Assembly (NCBI GenBank): GCA_001775095.1
Contig: MFCA01000029.1
Location: 55,975-119,974, forward strand
Origin: Candidatus Curtissbacteria bacterium RIFOXYA1_FULL_41_14
GTDB lineage: Bacteria > Patescibacteriota > Microgenomatia > Curtissbacterales > GWA2-41-24
Length of the DNA: 64,000 nucleotides
Direction of reading: 5' to 3'
Under the pieces are notes generated by a model. It was not told where the DNA came from and ran no database searches. It was given only the letters and a program-made list of their open reading frames with translations. Shown here one piece after another: positions 9,431 to 17,422 of the stretch (position 1 is its first letter; the number at the start of each line of letters is the position of its first letter). The translations under genes were made by a program, and so were the position numbers.

Positions 9431-10535
9431 CTTCTGATACTTGTGATACATATCTCTCGAGTTCTTCTATAAAGTGCTTTTTCGAGAATCTCGTCGCGTT
9501 CTTCCTGCAAACTTGTATCTTCCATTTTACCCTACTTAATCTTCCAATTGCATCTTGGAGTGCTTGCGCCGATTGATTATCAAATAAAATTCCAGTTCTG
9601 CCATCTTCGACAGTCTCACTGACACCGCTTTGCCTATAAGCAATTACCGGAATACCACAGGCTTGTGCCTCTACTGCAGCAATACCAAAATCTTCTTCCT
9701 GGGTCACTATCAGGGCCTGGCAATTTTGATAAAGTTCGCGAAGCTGCTCTCTTGTTACTCTGCCAAGAAACTCAATATCTCCTGTCCTGTCATCTCGAAC
9801 CAATCTTTTAAGTCTCGATCTATCCGGTCCCTCCCCGACTATTTTTAGACTTTTTCCCATATTAGATATTGCCTTAATTGCTATATCAATCTTTTTCCAT
9901 TTCACGAGTCTGGTGACCACTAGGAAATAATTTTGACTTTTAAGTTCCCAGTTGTGAACTTTGGCAACCTGGAAAAAATTTAGGTCAACGAACGGATAAA
10001 TTACTTCGGACTCTCTTTCGTAAAATTTTTTAATTTTTTTGCTAATATTTGCCGAATTCGCGACAAACAAATCAGGTCGACAGGAGGATACTTTATCCCA
10101 TCTTTTGAGCCATATTAAGATTGGCTTAAAAATGAGTCTTAACATAATTGGTAAATAATCAGCCTGAGCTTTGCGCCCGTATAAAAATCTTGGAATACTG
10201 TTCATATAGCAAATATGCATCGTTCTGGGTTGAGTAATAATTGATTTGGCGAAGCGGGTAGTTGAGGAGATTACAAGATCGAATTCATTGAAATTAAAAC
10301 TCTCAAATGCCAATGGGTAAAGTGGTAAAAGAGCTTTATACAATTTGGCAGCAAAAGGAATTTTCTGCATCCAGGAGGGCCGGATTCTATCCCGGTTTAT
10401 TGTGGAAGGTAATTTCTTCCAATCAACGAAGGAGGTATAGATTGGAGCTTTGGGCCAAATGGAAGCGATGGTAGCAAACAGACTCTCCGCTCCTCCGGCT
10501 TGAACGAAGTCATCGTGTACAAGGGCTACTTTCAT
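9390..10535 (-). CDS. glycosyltransferase family 4 with repetitive C-terminal tail
   Basis: GT4 architecture with EDFGIAAVEAQACGIPVIA donor-binding motif. C-terminus ends in a repeat-encoded VSEVPQ tract. Confidence 0.8.
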   Translation of the reverse strand: MKVALVHDDFVQAGGAESLFATIASIWPKAPIYTSFVDWKKLPSTINRDRIRPSWMQKIPFAAKLYKALLPLYPLAFESFNFNEFDLVISSTTRFAKSIITQPRTMHICYMNSIPRFLYGRKAQADYLPIMLRLIFKPILIWLKRWDKVSSCRPDLFVANSANISKKIKKFYERESEVIYPFVDLNFFQVAKVHNWELKSQNYFLVVTRLVKWKKIDIAIKAISNMGKSLKIVGEGPDRSRLKRLVRDDRTGDIEFLGRVTREQLRELYQNCQALIVTQEEDFGIAAVEAQACGIPVIAYRQSGVSETVEDGRTGILFDNQSAQALQDAIGRLSRVKWKIQVCRKNATRFSKKHFIEELERYVSQVSEVPQVSEVPQVSYA

Positions 10536-10575
10536 GGGGTAATTATATCAACTGTTTTAGTGATACACTAAATAT

Positions 10576-10770
10576 ATGGTCCGGGGGGTTGTAAGTTTGT
10601 TATTGCTTTTGATTACAATTATCATATTAGCTTTAATTTTTATTTTGGCAAATCCTTTCTCCGCAAGTAAAAACGAGGCAACTAGCCCACAAAAAATTCA
10701 AGAAACTCAAGATGTAATTGATAATTATCAGCAAAAATCTCTAGAAAGACAAACGATAGAAGTCGAGTAG
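10576..10770 (+). CDS. possible small membrane protein (64 aa)
   Basis: Only plus-strand ORF in a 248-bp gap. Hydrophobic helix LLLLLITIIILALIFILA then a polar tail. Preceded by perfect hairpin tttagtg-atac-cactaaa. No homology evidence. Confidence 0.25.
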   Translation: MVRGVVSLLLLLITIIILALIFILANPFSASKNEATSPQKIQETQDVIDNYQQKSLERQTIEVE

Positions 10771-10783
10771 AAGACAAAGATTT

Positions 10784-11569
10784 TCATCGAATTCCAAAGA
10801 ACTTTTCTTTTAGTTCAGCAAGAGACAAGTTTCCAATAACTCTTTGTTCTCCAAATAATTCTATAGCCTTCAGTAATAATTCCCATTGCTCGTGAGGTTC
10901 CAGTTGTACTGCAAGGGTTCTTTGTTGCAAAATGGCGGTTTTTAAATCTCCATTATAACCAGTTATCGCACTTCCACAGGTATATCTATGTCCATCTGAG
11001 CTCGCAATTGCTGCGCCTATTGATCTATTTTGCCGATAATGTGAATAAAAAAATTGTGCTGCAATATTTGTGTCCTGAATCCTATCGTTCCTAAGAGATT
11101 GGTATTGAACTCCTGCATTACATACCTCGAAACCGTCGAAATAAACCCCTTCAGCCCTGCTCTTCATAATGTCTATAATTCTTTCATCTGTCAACGAACT
11201 GACTCTAAAGAATGGGTGGGGAGCAATAGTCAATCCTCCTTGTTCGTGGATAGCACAAAGGGTTTGTTCGAGTGTTATATTTCTTTCGATCGGCCCTTTA
11301 AGAAACAACCCGACTACATGTCCGTCTTTTGTTCTTACTTCTGTTCCGACGATAACTTGAATTTCTAATCCTTCTCTTTGTACATGTTCATGTGCTGCTA
11401 GCGCAGGTTTAGTAGTATGATGATCAGCTATTGCAATAGCTGAAAGTCCTATGCTTTGTGCAAATTCAACAGCTTGTTCAGGAGTCATCTTCCCGTCAGA
11501 ACCTGTTGTGTGGACATGAAGATCTGCAAAATGAGTTGTATCAATCGGTCTTCCGAGAACTTCTTTCAT
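10784..11569 (-). CDS. PHP-domain metal-dependent phosphoesterase
   Basis: DLHVHTTGSDG...IADHH...PHPF His-rich motifs of the PHP family. Confidence 0.7.
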   Translation of the reverse strand: MKEVLGRPIDTTHFADLHVHTTGSDGKMTPEQAVEFAQSIGLSAIAIADHHTTKPALAAHEHVQREGLEIQVIVGTEVRTKDGHVVGLFLKGPIERNITLEQTLCAIHEQGGLTIAPHPFFRVSSLTDERIIDIMKSRAEGVYFDGFEVCNAGVQYQSLRNDRIQDTNIAAQFFYSHYRQNRSIGAAIASSDGHRYTCGSAITGYNGDLKTAILQQRTLAVQLEPHEQWELLLKAIELFGEQRVIGNLSLAELKEKFFGIR

Positions 11570-11572
11570 GCG

Positions 11573-12361
11573 TTAAGAATGTGCCGCAACAAAAGCGATG
11601 GCAAGTGAATCATTTGGAACAACTAAAATTGACCAATCAGTCAGAGAAAGAGCTTTTGCTCTTTCCAATGCCTTTCCAACAAGATTAACGGAAAAACTAT
11701 TTCCTGATTCTGGTCTAATTTCAACATCTTTTCGACCTACTCCCTGCTTGAATCCAGTTTCAAGAACTTTTACAACTGCTTCTTTACTGGCCCATCTGAT
11801 CGCTAATTCTTGAGGATCCTCCTGGCTATCATCAACTTCTCTCTCAGAAAAAACAATAGCATAGAGTCGGTTTCTACTTTTTTCCATTAATTCTCTAAAT
11901 CGGTCATTTGATGTAACATCCACACCGATTTGCAGCGATCCTTGGAAATTTTCAGGTATCGCGGCTGCAAATCCAATTGCTATTCCCTCATCATGGCTGA
12001 TACTTAGTCTATACTGCGAAAACCCTTTATTCCGAATTATATCTTTAGATTCTTCTCCTATTTGCACAACAGGTTGTCCTGTTTCTGACGGATGGATGTT
12101 AATGTCGGTCCAGTTTAATCCAGTACCCACTGCCCTCATTAAAGCAACTTTAGCGGCAAACCTACCGGCGAGACGATTGAGTCTGTTTTTACAATATAAA
12201 AGCTCTTCCTCAGTAAGATACCGTGCAAGAGAATGATCGGGAAGATTAAGATACCCCACGCCATAAACCCACAAATTTACTCCCTCCCCCAATCTGAATT
12301 CATGGGATAAGCGTGTGTTTAAATACGCAGAAATTGGAGAGAATCTTGGTACTTCTCGCAT
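11573..12361 (-). CDS. 4'-phosphopantetheinyl transferase-like protein, tandem AcpS-like halves (first half degenerate)
   Basis: Half 1: RFAAKVALMRAVGTGL and LSISHDEGIAIGFAAA, resembling AcpS RFAVKEAAAKAFGTGI / VTLADERHYACATVI but lacking GxDxxE and the KEA Glu. Half 2: IGVDV...WASKEAVVKVLETG intact. Confidence 0.5.
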   Translation of the reverse strand: MREVPRFSPISAYLNTRLSHEFRLGEGVNLWVYGVGYLNLPDHSLARYLTEEELLYCKNRLNRLAGRFAAKVALMRAVGTGLNWTDINIHPSETGQPVVQIGEESKDIIRNKGFSQYRLSISHDEGIAIGFAAAIPENFQGSLQIGVDVTSNDRFRELMEKSRNRLYAIVFSEREVDDSQEDPQELAIRWASKEAVVKVLETGFKQGVGRKDVEIRPESGNSFSVNLVGKALERAKALSLTDWSILVVPNDSLAIAFVAAHS

Positions 12362-12394
12362 TGACGTATTTTACTATCTCTTTCAAGGAAGAGC

Positions 12395-13594
12395 CTAGAG
12401 GCTGTATTGTACATAAACCTTAAGTGTCTCTCTGGCCATCTTAAGCCAAGAGTATTTTTGCACTTGTTCCAAGCCCTTTACTACGAGGTCGGACCTCGTA
12501 GTTGTATCTGTGAGGACTTTTTGGATTTTTCTGGATATATCTTTTGGATCCTCTGGATCGAAATACAATGCGGCATCCCCGTAGATTTCTTTAAGTGTCG
12601 GAATGTTTGAACAAACTGCCGGAAGGCCCGCGGCCATGGAATTAAGACCGGGAATTCCAAACCCCTCCGAAAGTGATGGGAATACATAAGCTTGGGCAGA
12701 TCTTAAGACTTCTGATAATTCTTTTGGCGGAATATAGCCAGTCAGGACAACTCCCTCCTCTAATCCTAGATTCTTTATCCTTTCTTTTAGGCGTTGCCAG
12801 AAAATATCCCGAGGACAGACAAGGATTAAGTGCAGCTTGCGCTCACCCCAGGGGTGTTTTTCTATTCTGTGAACCGTTGACTGTGAACCGTGAACTAAAA
12901 TCTTGAAAGCTTGCAGTAACCGTTCAAGATTTTTGTGTGGATAAGCATTCCCTATATAAATGATAAAAGGCTGATTAATATTGTATTTCTCCAAAAACTT
13001 TGAACTTTGAACTTTGAACTTTGAACTTGTTCGGAAGTATTCCTCTTCTGCCGCTTCGTATGTTACGACGATTTTCGCAGGATCAATTCGAAAAGTCCTA
13101 ACAATCTCGTCCTTAACAAAATTCGAGGGGGTGAGGATTTTTTGAGAATCTTTGACAGCATGATTAATAACATGTCGATAAGCAAACCTTTTAATTTTAA
13201 AAATGTAAAGATTCCGAGTCGTTGCGGATTCTTGTCTAAATCGATGATGGATCAGGTCATGAATTGTTACTATGAATTTACCTCTGTAAAAAACAGGCAC
13301 GTTAAAATGAGTAAAGTGTAAAAGATCTAAATTCTGGTTTGAAAAAATTTTTGGTAATTTAATTTGCTCTTTGAGAGAATACCAGGGGATATCTGCTAAA
13401 ACCTTTTTGAAATTTTTGGATTTTAACCTTAGCCAATCCCAGTTAGACCGGCGCAGAAAAATAACATACTGATTATTGTCATCTAAAATTGCGAGATTTT
13501 CGATAAGTTTTTCAGTATATTTACCAAGACCTGTACCTTCCGGACCGACAAACCTCGCATCAATACCAATTCTCATATATCCCCCTCTTGTCAT
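12395..13594 (-). CDS. glycosyltransferase family 4 (probable true start MRIGIDAR at 13576), carries heptamer tract and gtgaac-repeat insert
   Basis: MRIGIDARF N-terminus and PSLSEGFGIPGLNSMAAG motif. Extra loop GSQSTVHRIEKHPWGERKLH relative to paralog 23002-24141. Confidence 0.8.
   Translation of the reverse strand: MTRGGYMRIGIDARFVGPEGTGLGKYTEKLIENLAILDDNNQYVIFLRRSNWDWLRLKSKNFKKVLADIPWYSLKEQIKLPKIFSNQNLDLLHFTHFNVPVFYRGKFIVTIHDLIHHRFRQESATTRNLYIFKIKRFAYRHVINHAVKDSQKILTPSNFVKDEIVRTFRIDPAKIVVTYEAAEEEYFRTSSKFKVQSSKFLEKYNINQPFIIYIGNAYPHKNLERLLQAFKILVHGSQSTVHRIEKHPWGERKLHLILVCPRDIFWQRLKERIKNLGLEEGVVLTGYIPPKELSEVLRSAQAYVFPSLSEGFGIPGLNSMAAGLPAVCSNIPTLKEIYGDAALYFDPEDPKDISRKIQKVLTDTTTRSDLVVKGLEQVQKYSWLKMARETLKVYVQYSL
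12998..13029. repeat. heptanucleotide tract (CTTTGAA)x4 plus partial unit inside GT4 coding sequence
   Basis: Seen: ctttgaactttgaactttgaactttgaacttg, encoding SSKFKVQSSKF on the minus strand. Unit length is not a multiple of 3. Confidence 0.75.
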
Positions 13595-13595
13595 C

Positions 13596-13650
13596 CTGAG
13601 GAAGCAAAGCGACCAAAGGATTTGATTTTATGGACGCAATAGCGGTCATG
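13596..13650. repeat. family B element copy (ttgtcatcctgagg ... aaggatttg) in intergenic spacer
   Basis: Shares GTCATCCTGAG core with 705-795 and 19859-19893. Confidence 0.45.
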
Positions 13651-14533
13651 CTGACATAATTCTGATTCTCAATAAAATCTTCAAAGAAATTAATACCAGC
13701 CAATTAATAAAAAATGGGTATTTTAAAAGATAATGTTTTTTATAAAAAATCTCCATTGCTCTGACTGATTCTGTAAGGGCCCGCTTTTTTGAATCTATAG
13801 ATGCTTTTGTCAGGTGCTGAGATGTTTGTTTCATTCCGGAGGCGGCCCCTTTGTAGTGGATAATTTTGGTTCTTGGAGTGTACATAATCTTGTATCCGGC
13901 GTCTTTAAATCGCCAACACCAATCAAGATCTTCGCCATAAAAGAAAAAATCCTCATCAAATAGGCCGACTTTTTTAACTATAGATTGTCGAACCATCATA
14001 AAAGCACCAACGCAGGAATCTATCTCGTGTTCAGTTGCAGGTGATAAATACCCAAAATAGTATTGATTGAATAACTTAGAATGGGGAAATAATTTCGCCA
14101 GTTTTGAAAAATGACAAAAAGCTCGCCATGGAGTCGGAAAATGCCGGCGACAATCGCGATCTATCTGGCCGTTAGGTAGTTCAACTCTACAGGTAGAGAC
14201 CGCAATTTTCGGGTCTTTTTCCATAAACTTAATCATTTCTGAAATAGTGTCAGGGGCCAGTTTTGTGTCCGGATTTAATATCAGCACATATTTTCCCTTT
14301 GCAAGCTTTAATGCCTGGTTATTGGCTTTGGAAAAACCTAGATTTTTTTTATTTGCTATTAGCTTAATCTGAGGATAATCTTTCTTGATCATCGCGGCCG
14401 TATTATCAGAAGAATTATTGTCGACGACGAATATCTCTGTCTGAAATTCTTTGGAAGAACCGATAACTGAATTTAGGCAAGATTTGAGAAGTTCTTTTGT
14501 ATTGAAAGAGACGATGATGATAGATAAATCCAT
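13646..14533 (-). CDS. glycosyltransferase family 2
   Basis: MDLSIIIVSFNT...VVDNNSSDNT...WCWRFKDAGYKIMYTP typical of GT2 (rhamnosyl/galactosyl-transferase type). Confidence 0.8.
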   Translation of the reverse strand: MDLSIIIVSFNTKELLKSCLNSVIGSSKEFQTEIFVVDNNSSDNTAAMIKKDYPQIKLIANKKNLGFSKANNQALKLAKGKYVLILNPDTKLAPDTISEMIKFMEKDPKIAVSTCRVELPNGQIDRDCRRHFPTPWRAFCHFSKLAKLFPHSKLFNQYYFGYLSPATEHEIDSCVGAFMMVRQSIVKKVGLFDEDFFFYGEDLDWCWRFKDAGYKIMYTPRTKIIHYKGAASGMKQTSQHLTKASIDSKKRALTESVRAMEIFYKKHYLLKYPFFINWLVLISLKILLRIRIMSA

Positions 14534-14701
14534 AATAAATTTCTAATTTCTAAATCCTAAATCCTAAATCCTAAACAAATTCAAATGACCAAAATACATA
14601 ATTCAAAACAAATCTTAATTTTTTGGTTTATTTGAACATTTGAATTTTGATATTGTTTAGAGTTTAGATATTAGAGTTTAGGATTTTTATTAGTTATTAG
14701 G
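14534..14701. repeat. AT-rich intergenic inverted-repeat element, family A copy 3
   Basis: Near-identical to 8069-8250 apart from the central ~25 bp, including the attaggtcaattt end that overlaps the upstream gene stop. Confidence 0.6.
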
Positions 14702-15892
14702 TCAATTTTTTCCTCCTACTTCCTGATATACTCGGTCGAGCTCTGATGATATCTTCTTCCAGTCATACTGACTTTTTACCAATTGATAGGCTCTGCTTGC
14801 TAATTCCTGCCCAAGTTTAGGGTTTTTTAAAACTTCTAAGGTCTTTGCTGCTAAGTCACTGGCAGTTTCGGCAACAAAAGCTTCTTTACCGTTTCTTATA
14901 TGGATTCCCTCAACCGCTAGCTTGGAACCTATAATTGGGGTATTAGTAGCCATTGCTTCTAGAATTTTATATTTCGTGCCACGCCCGTTGCGTATGGGCG
15001 CCAAAAGAACGTCAGCTTTTGCATAGGCAAGTCTGACATCTTCAACTTCCCCATCCACCTGGACGTCGGGGCCTGTAAATTTAAGAATATCTAAAGGGGG
15101 ATTCCTACCTACTATCCAAAGTTTGGCGGTCTTAATCTGACTTTTTATCTTTGGCCAAATCTCCTCTACCAAAAATTTGGTAGCATCACGATTTGGCAAC
15201 CATTTGAACTGTCCAACAAAAAGGACAGTTGGACTTTTCGGTTTTAGTTTCTCGGTTTTTGCAAAATAATCTATATCAACCCCGTTGGCAATTACATCTA
15301 CCTTCAGGGGACTGTGATTTTGGATAAAAAGACGGTCATCATCAGACATTGCGGCTAGTCTTTTGGCCTTCCTCCAATAATATCTTTCCCACCATTTAAT
15401 CTTGAAAACATCAGCGAGAAGAAAAGGTTTAATAAAAAACATCCATAACGGTAAGCCCTTTACAAAACTTTGGTATACGAGATATTCAATGACTTGTTCA
15501 ACTAAAAAAATGGGGATTTTGGTTTGGGGAATATTAGGCATTACGTAGAAAGTCTCAGCATGGATAAGATCGTAGTTTTCACTTTCTAATTCACGTTTGA
15601 TTTTACTTCTGACAGAAATATCAAAATAGATGCTTACTAAAAAAGGGAATGGAGTTATTCCGGCTAGTATTATATTTACGGGAGACCAAGCTTTTCTTCT
15701 TTTAAAAATAATTATCTTGCGACAAAAAGGCATGAGTTCATTCAAATATTTTCTCTCGGCATCTTCGCGAATGAATGAGGCTAAAGTGATTTGATGCTTT
15801 GGGGCCAGATTTTTAAGTAAATTATATGTACGAATTTGTCCGCCGGAAACTAAGGGATAAGGGAGATATGGTGTGATCATTAAAATTTTCAT
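14702..15892 (-). CDS. glycosyltransferase family 4
   Basis: MKILMITPYLPYPLVSGGQ N-terminus and C-terminal GT4 donor-binding region (KYKILEAMATNTPIIGS). Confidence 0.8.
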   Translation of the reverse strand: MKILMITPYLPYPLVSGGQIRTYNLLKNLAPKHQITLASFIREDAERKYLNELMPFCRKIIIFKRRKAWSPVNIILAGITPFPFLVSIYFDISVRSKIKRELESENYDLIHAETFYVMPNIPQTKIPIFLVEQVIEYLVYQSFVKGLPLWMFFIKPFLLADVFKIKWWERYYWRKAKRLAAMSDDDRLFIQNHSPLKVDVIANGVDIDYFAKTEKLKPKSPTVLFVGQFKWLPNRDATKFLVEEIWPKIKSQIKTAKLWIVGRNPPLDILKFTGPDVQVDGEVEDVRLAYAKADVLLAPIRNGRGTKYKILEAMATNTPIIGSKLAVEGIHIRNGKEAFVAETASDLAAKTLEVLKNPKLGQELASRAYQLVKSQYDWKKISSELDRVYQEVGGKN

Positions 15893-15893
15893 A

Positions 15894-17330
15894 CTACCTC
15901 CCTATACATTCTTTAAACATCTCGACAATGACATAATCTTGCGTTTGGTCAATAACCTTACAATGCTTGATAAGATTCTGAATACCGGCATCTGCAACAT
16001 CGACTGATACCAGATATTTAGTACCCTCATCTATAAATTTTTCAAGTGGCCTGTCGACGATGGGGTAGCCATGTCGATTTGTCTGATAAAGAAAAGCGGC
16101 ATCGCCGTTATAAGGTGCGATAACCGTGGCATCTTTTGGAAGAAGTTGATCAACAGCCTTGCCTGCTTTGACTATTTGCGGCTTGTTTATCCAATAAAAA
16201 CCGCGTACTTCAAAAGTGCCAAAAGCAAAGGTCAGAACAATTAAAATAATTGCGATGGGATAACTAATGATTCTGTTAAAAGACTGAGCCGGGAGGGCTA
16301 AAAGGTTTTTAGTGCCAACCGCCATAAAAATCGCAGCGATTGGAATAAACGGCACTTGATAGTAGTCGTGGCGAATATTACCGGATGCAAAAACCACGAA
16401 GTATATAGCTACAGAAGCCAGCCATGTAAGGTAAAATGATTTTTCCTGCAGCTGGGGTTTTTTTAAAATCCCTAAAACAAAGAGAGAGAAGCCAGGTACA
16501 GTCAAGATTAATTTTCCCATCCGCTCGGCGATCAACCAGCGAAAAAATGCGCCTTTAAAACGAATATTTCCCTCATTTAGAAGAAATCGCCAATTGGGAA
16601 TACCTTGGGGAAACTGAGTCATCCAAATACGCCATAAAACAAAAGGTAAAAGGGATAAAAGTGCAAATAGCCACAATTTGTAATTTCTGAAAAGCGAGAT
16701 TCCAAATTTATCATAGGCCAAATACAAGGCAGGCAAGAAGAAAAAAATGGCAATTGGCCAAGTGAGAATTGCTAAATTAGCAAAGACTATAGATAAAATG
16801 AACCAAATTAACTTTTGATTCTCGAGCCATTTTAAAAAAGTTAAATAAAGACCTAAAATCCCTAAAACCATCAGTGGTCCCGGCAAAACTGCTGAAGAAT
16901 AAAAAATGTTATATGGCAAGAAAGCGAAGAAAAATGCCGACAAGAGTGCAGTCTGAGTACCGGAAAAGTGTTTGACTAAAAAATATAGAAGAAGTGTCGA
17001 GATGAGAGAAATCACGACAGTAGTTAATCGTGCATAAGTCTCATTTACGCCAGTTATTGACCAAACGCCGGCCACAAGCGTGTTATAAGTAGGAAATTCA
17101 ACGAAACGATATCTTTGGGGATTATCAAGGCCGTTGGCTTGAGACGACATATCGTCATATCGAGGAATAAATGGATTAAAACCCTCCTTAATAAAATTTC
17201 GGGCAACCGCAGCAGTGTCTGCTTGTCTCCATGAATGCCAGTCTGCTATTGGCCGGTTAATTTTATAGAGGCGAATTACAAAGGCAAGAATCAGGATTAT
17301 TGAGAGGACAATAATTTCGACTTTTCTCAT
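15894..17330 (-). CDS. polytopic membrane glycosyltransferase, GT-C fold (ArnT/PMT_2-like)
   Basis: About 12 predicted TM helices. First-loop motif WHSWRQADTAAVARNF aligns with the DE-x-x-(Y/H)A loop of the paralogs at 24871, 34081 and 38077. Confidence 0.45.
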   Translation of the reverse strand: MRKVEIIVLSIILILAFVIRLYKINRPIADWHSWRQADTAAVARNFIKEGFNPFIPRYDDMSSQANGLDNPQRYRFVEFPTYNTLVAGVWSITGVNETYARLTTVVISLISTLLLYFLVKHFSGTQTALLSAFFFAFLPYNIFYSSAVLPGPLMVLGILGLYLTFLKWLENQKLIWFILSIVFANLAILTWPIAIFFFLPALYLAYDKFGISLFRNYKLWLFALLSLLPFVLWRIWMTQFPQGIPNWRFLLNEGNIRFKGAFFRWLIAERMGKLILTVPGFSLFVLGILKKPQLQEKSFYLTWLASVAIYFVVFASGNIRHDYYQVPFIPIAAIFMAVGTKNLLALPAQSFNRIISYPIAIILIVLTFAFGTFEVRGFYWINKPQIVKAGKAVDQLLPKDATVIAPYNGDAAFLYQTNRHGYPIVDRPLEKFIDEGTKYLVSVDVADAGIQNLIKHCKVIDQTQDYVIVEMFKECIGR

Positions 17331-17422
17331 TTGTTAAACTCCAAACTCTAAACCCTAAATTCCAAATAATATCAAAATTTCAAATTTGAAGGTTTAGAGT
17401 TTTTGAATTTAGGCATCTGAAT
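17331..17422. repeat. family A copy 4 (short form)
   Basis: aaactctaaaccctaaattccaaa ... ttgaaggtttagagtttttgaatttagg inverted repeat. Lacks the central segment of copies 2 and 3. Confidence 0.45.

Noticed and set aside
9340-9576. Plus-strand ORF with VSKVSKV and DTCGTS repeats
   Set aside because: Mirror-strand translation of the tandem DNA repeats that encode the GT4 C-terminal tail. Not an independent gene.
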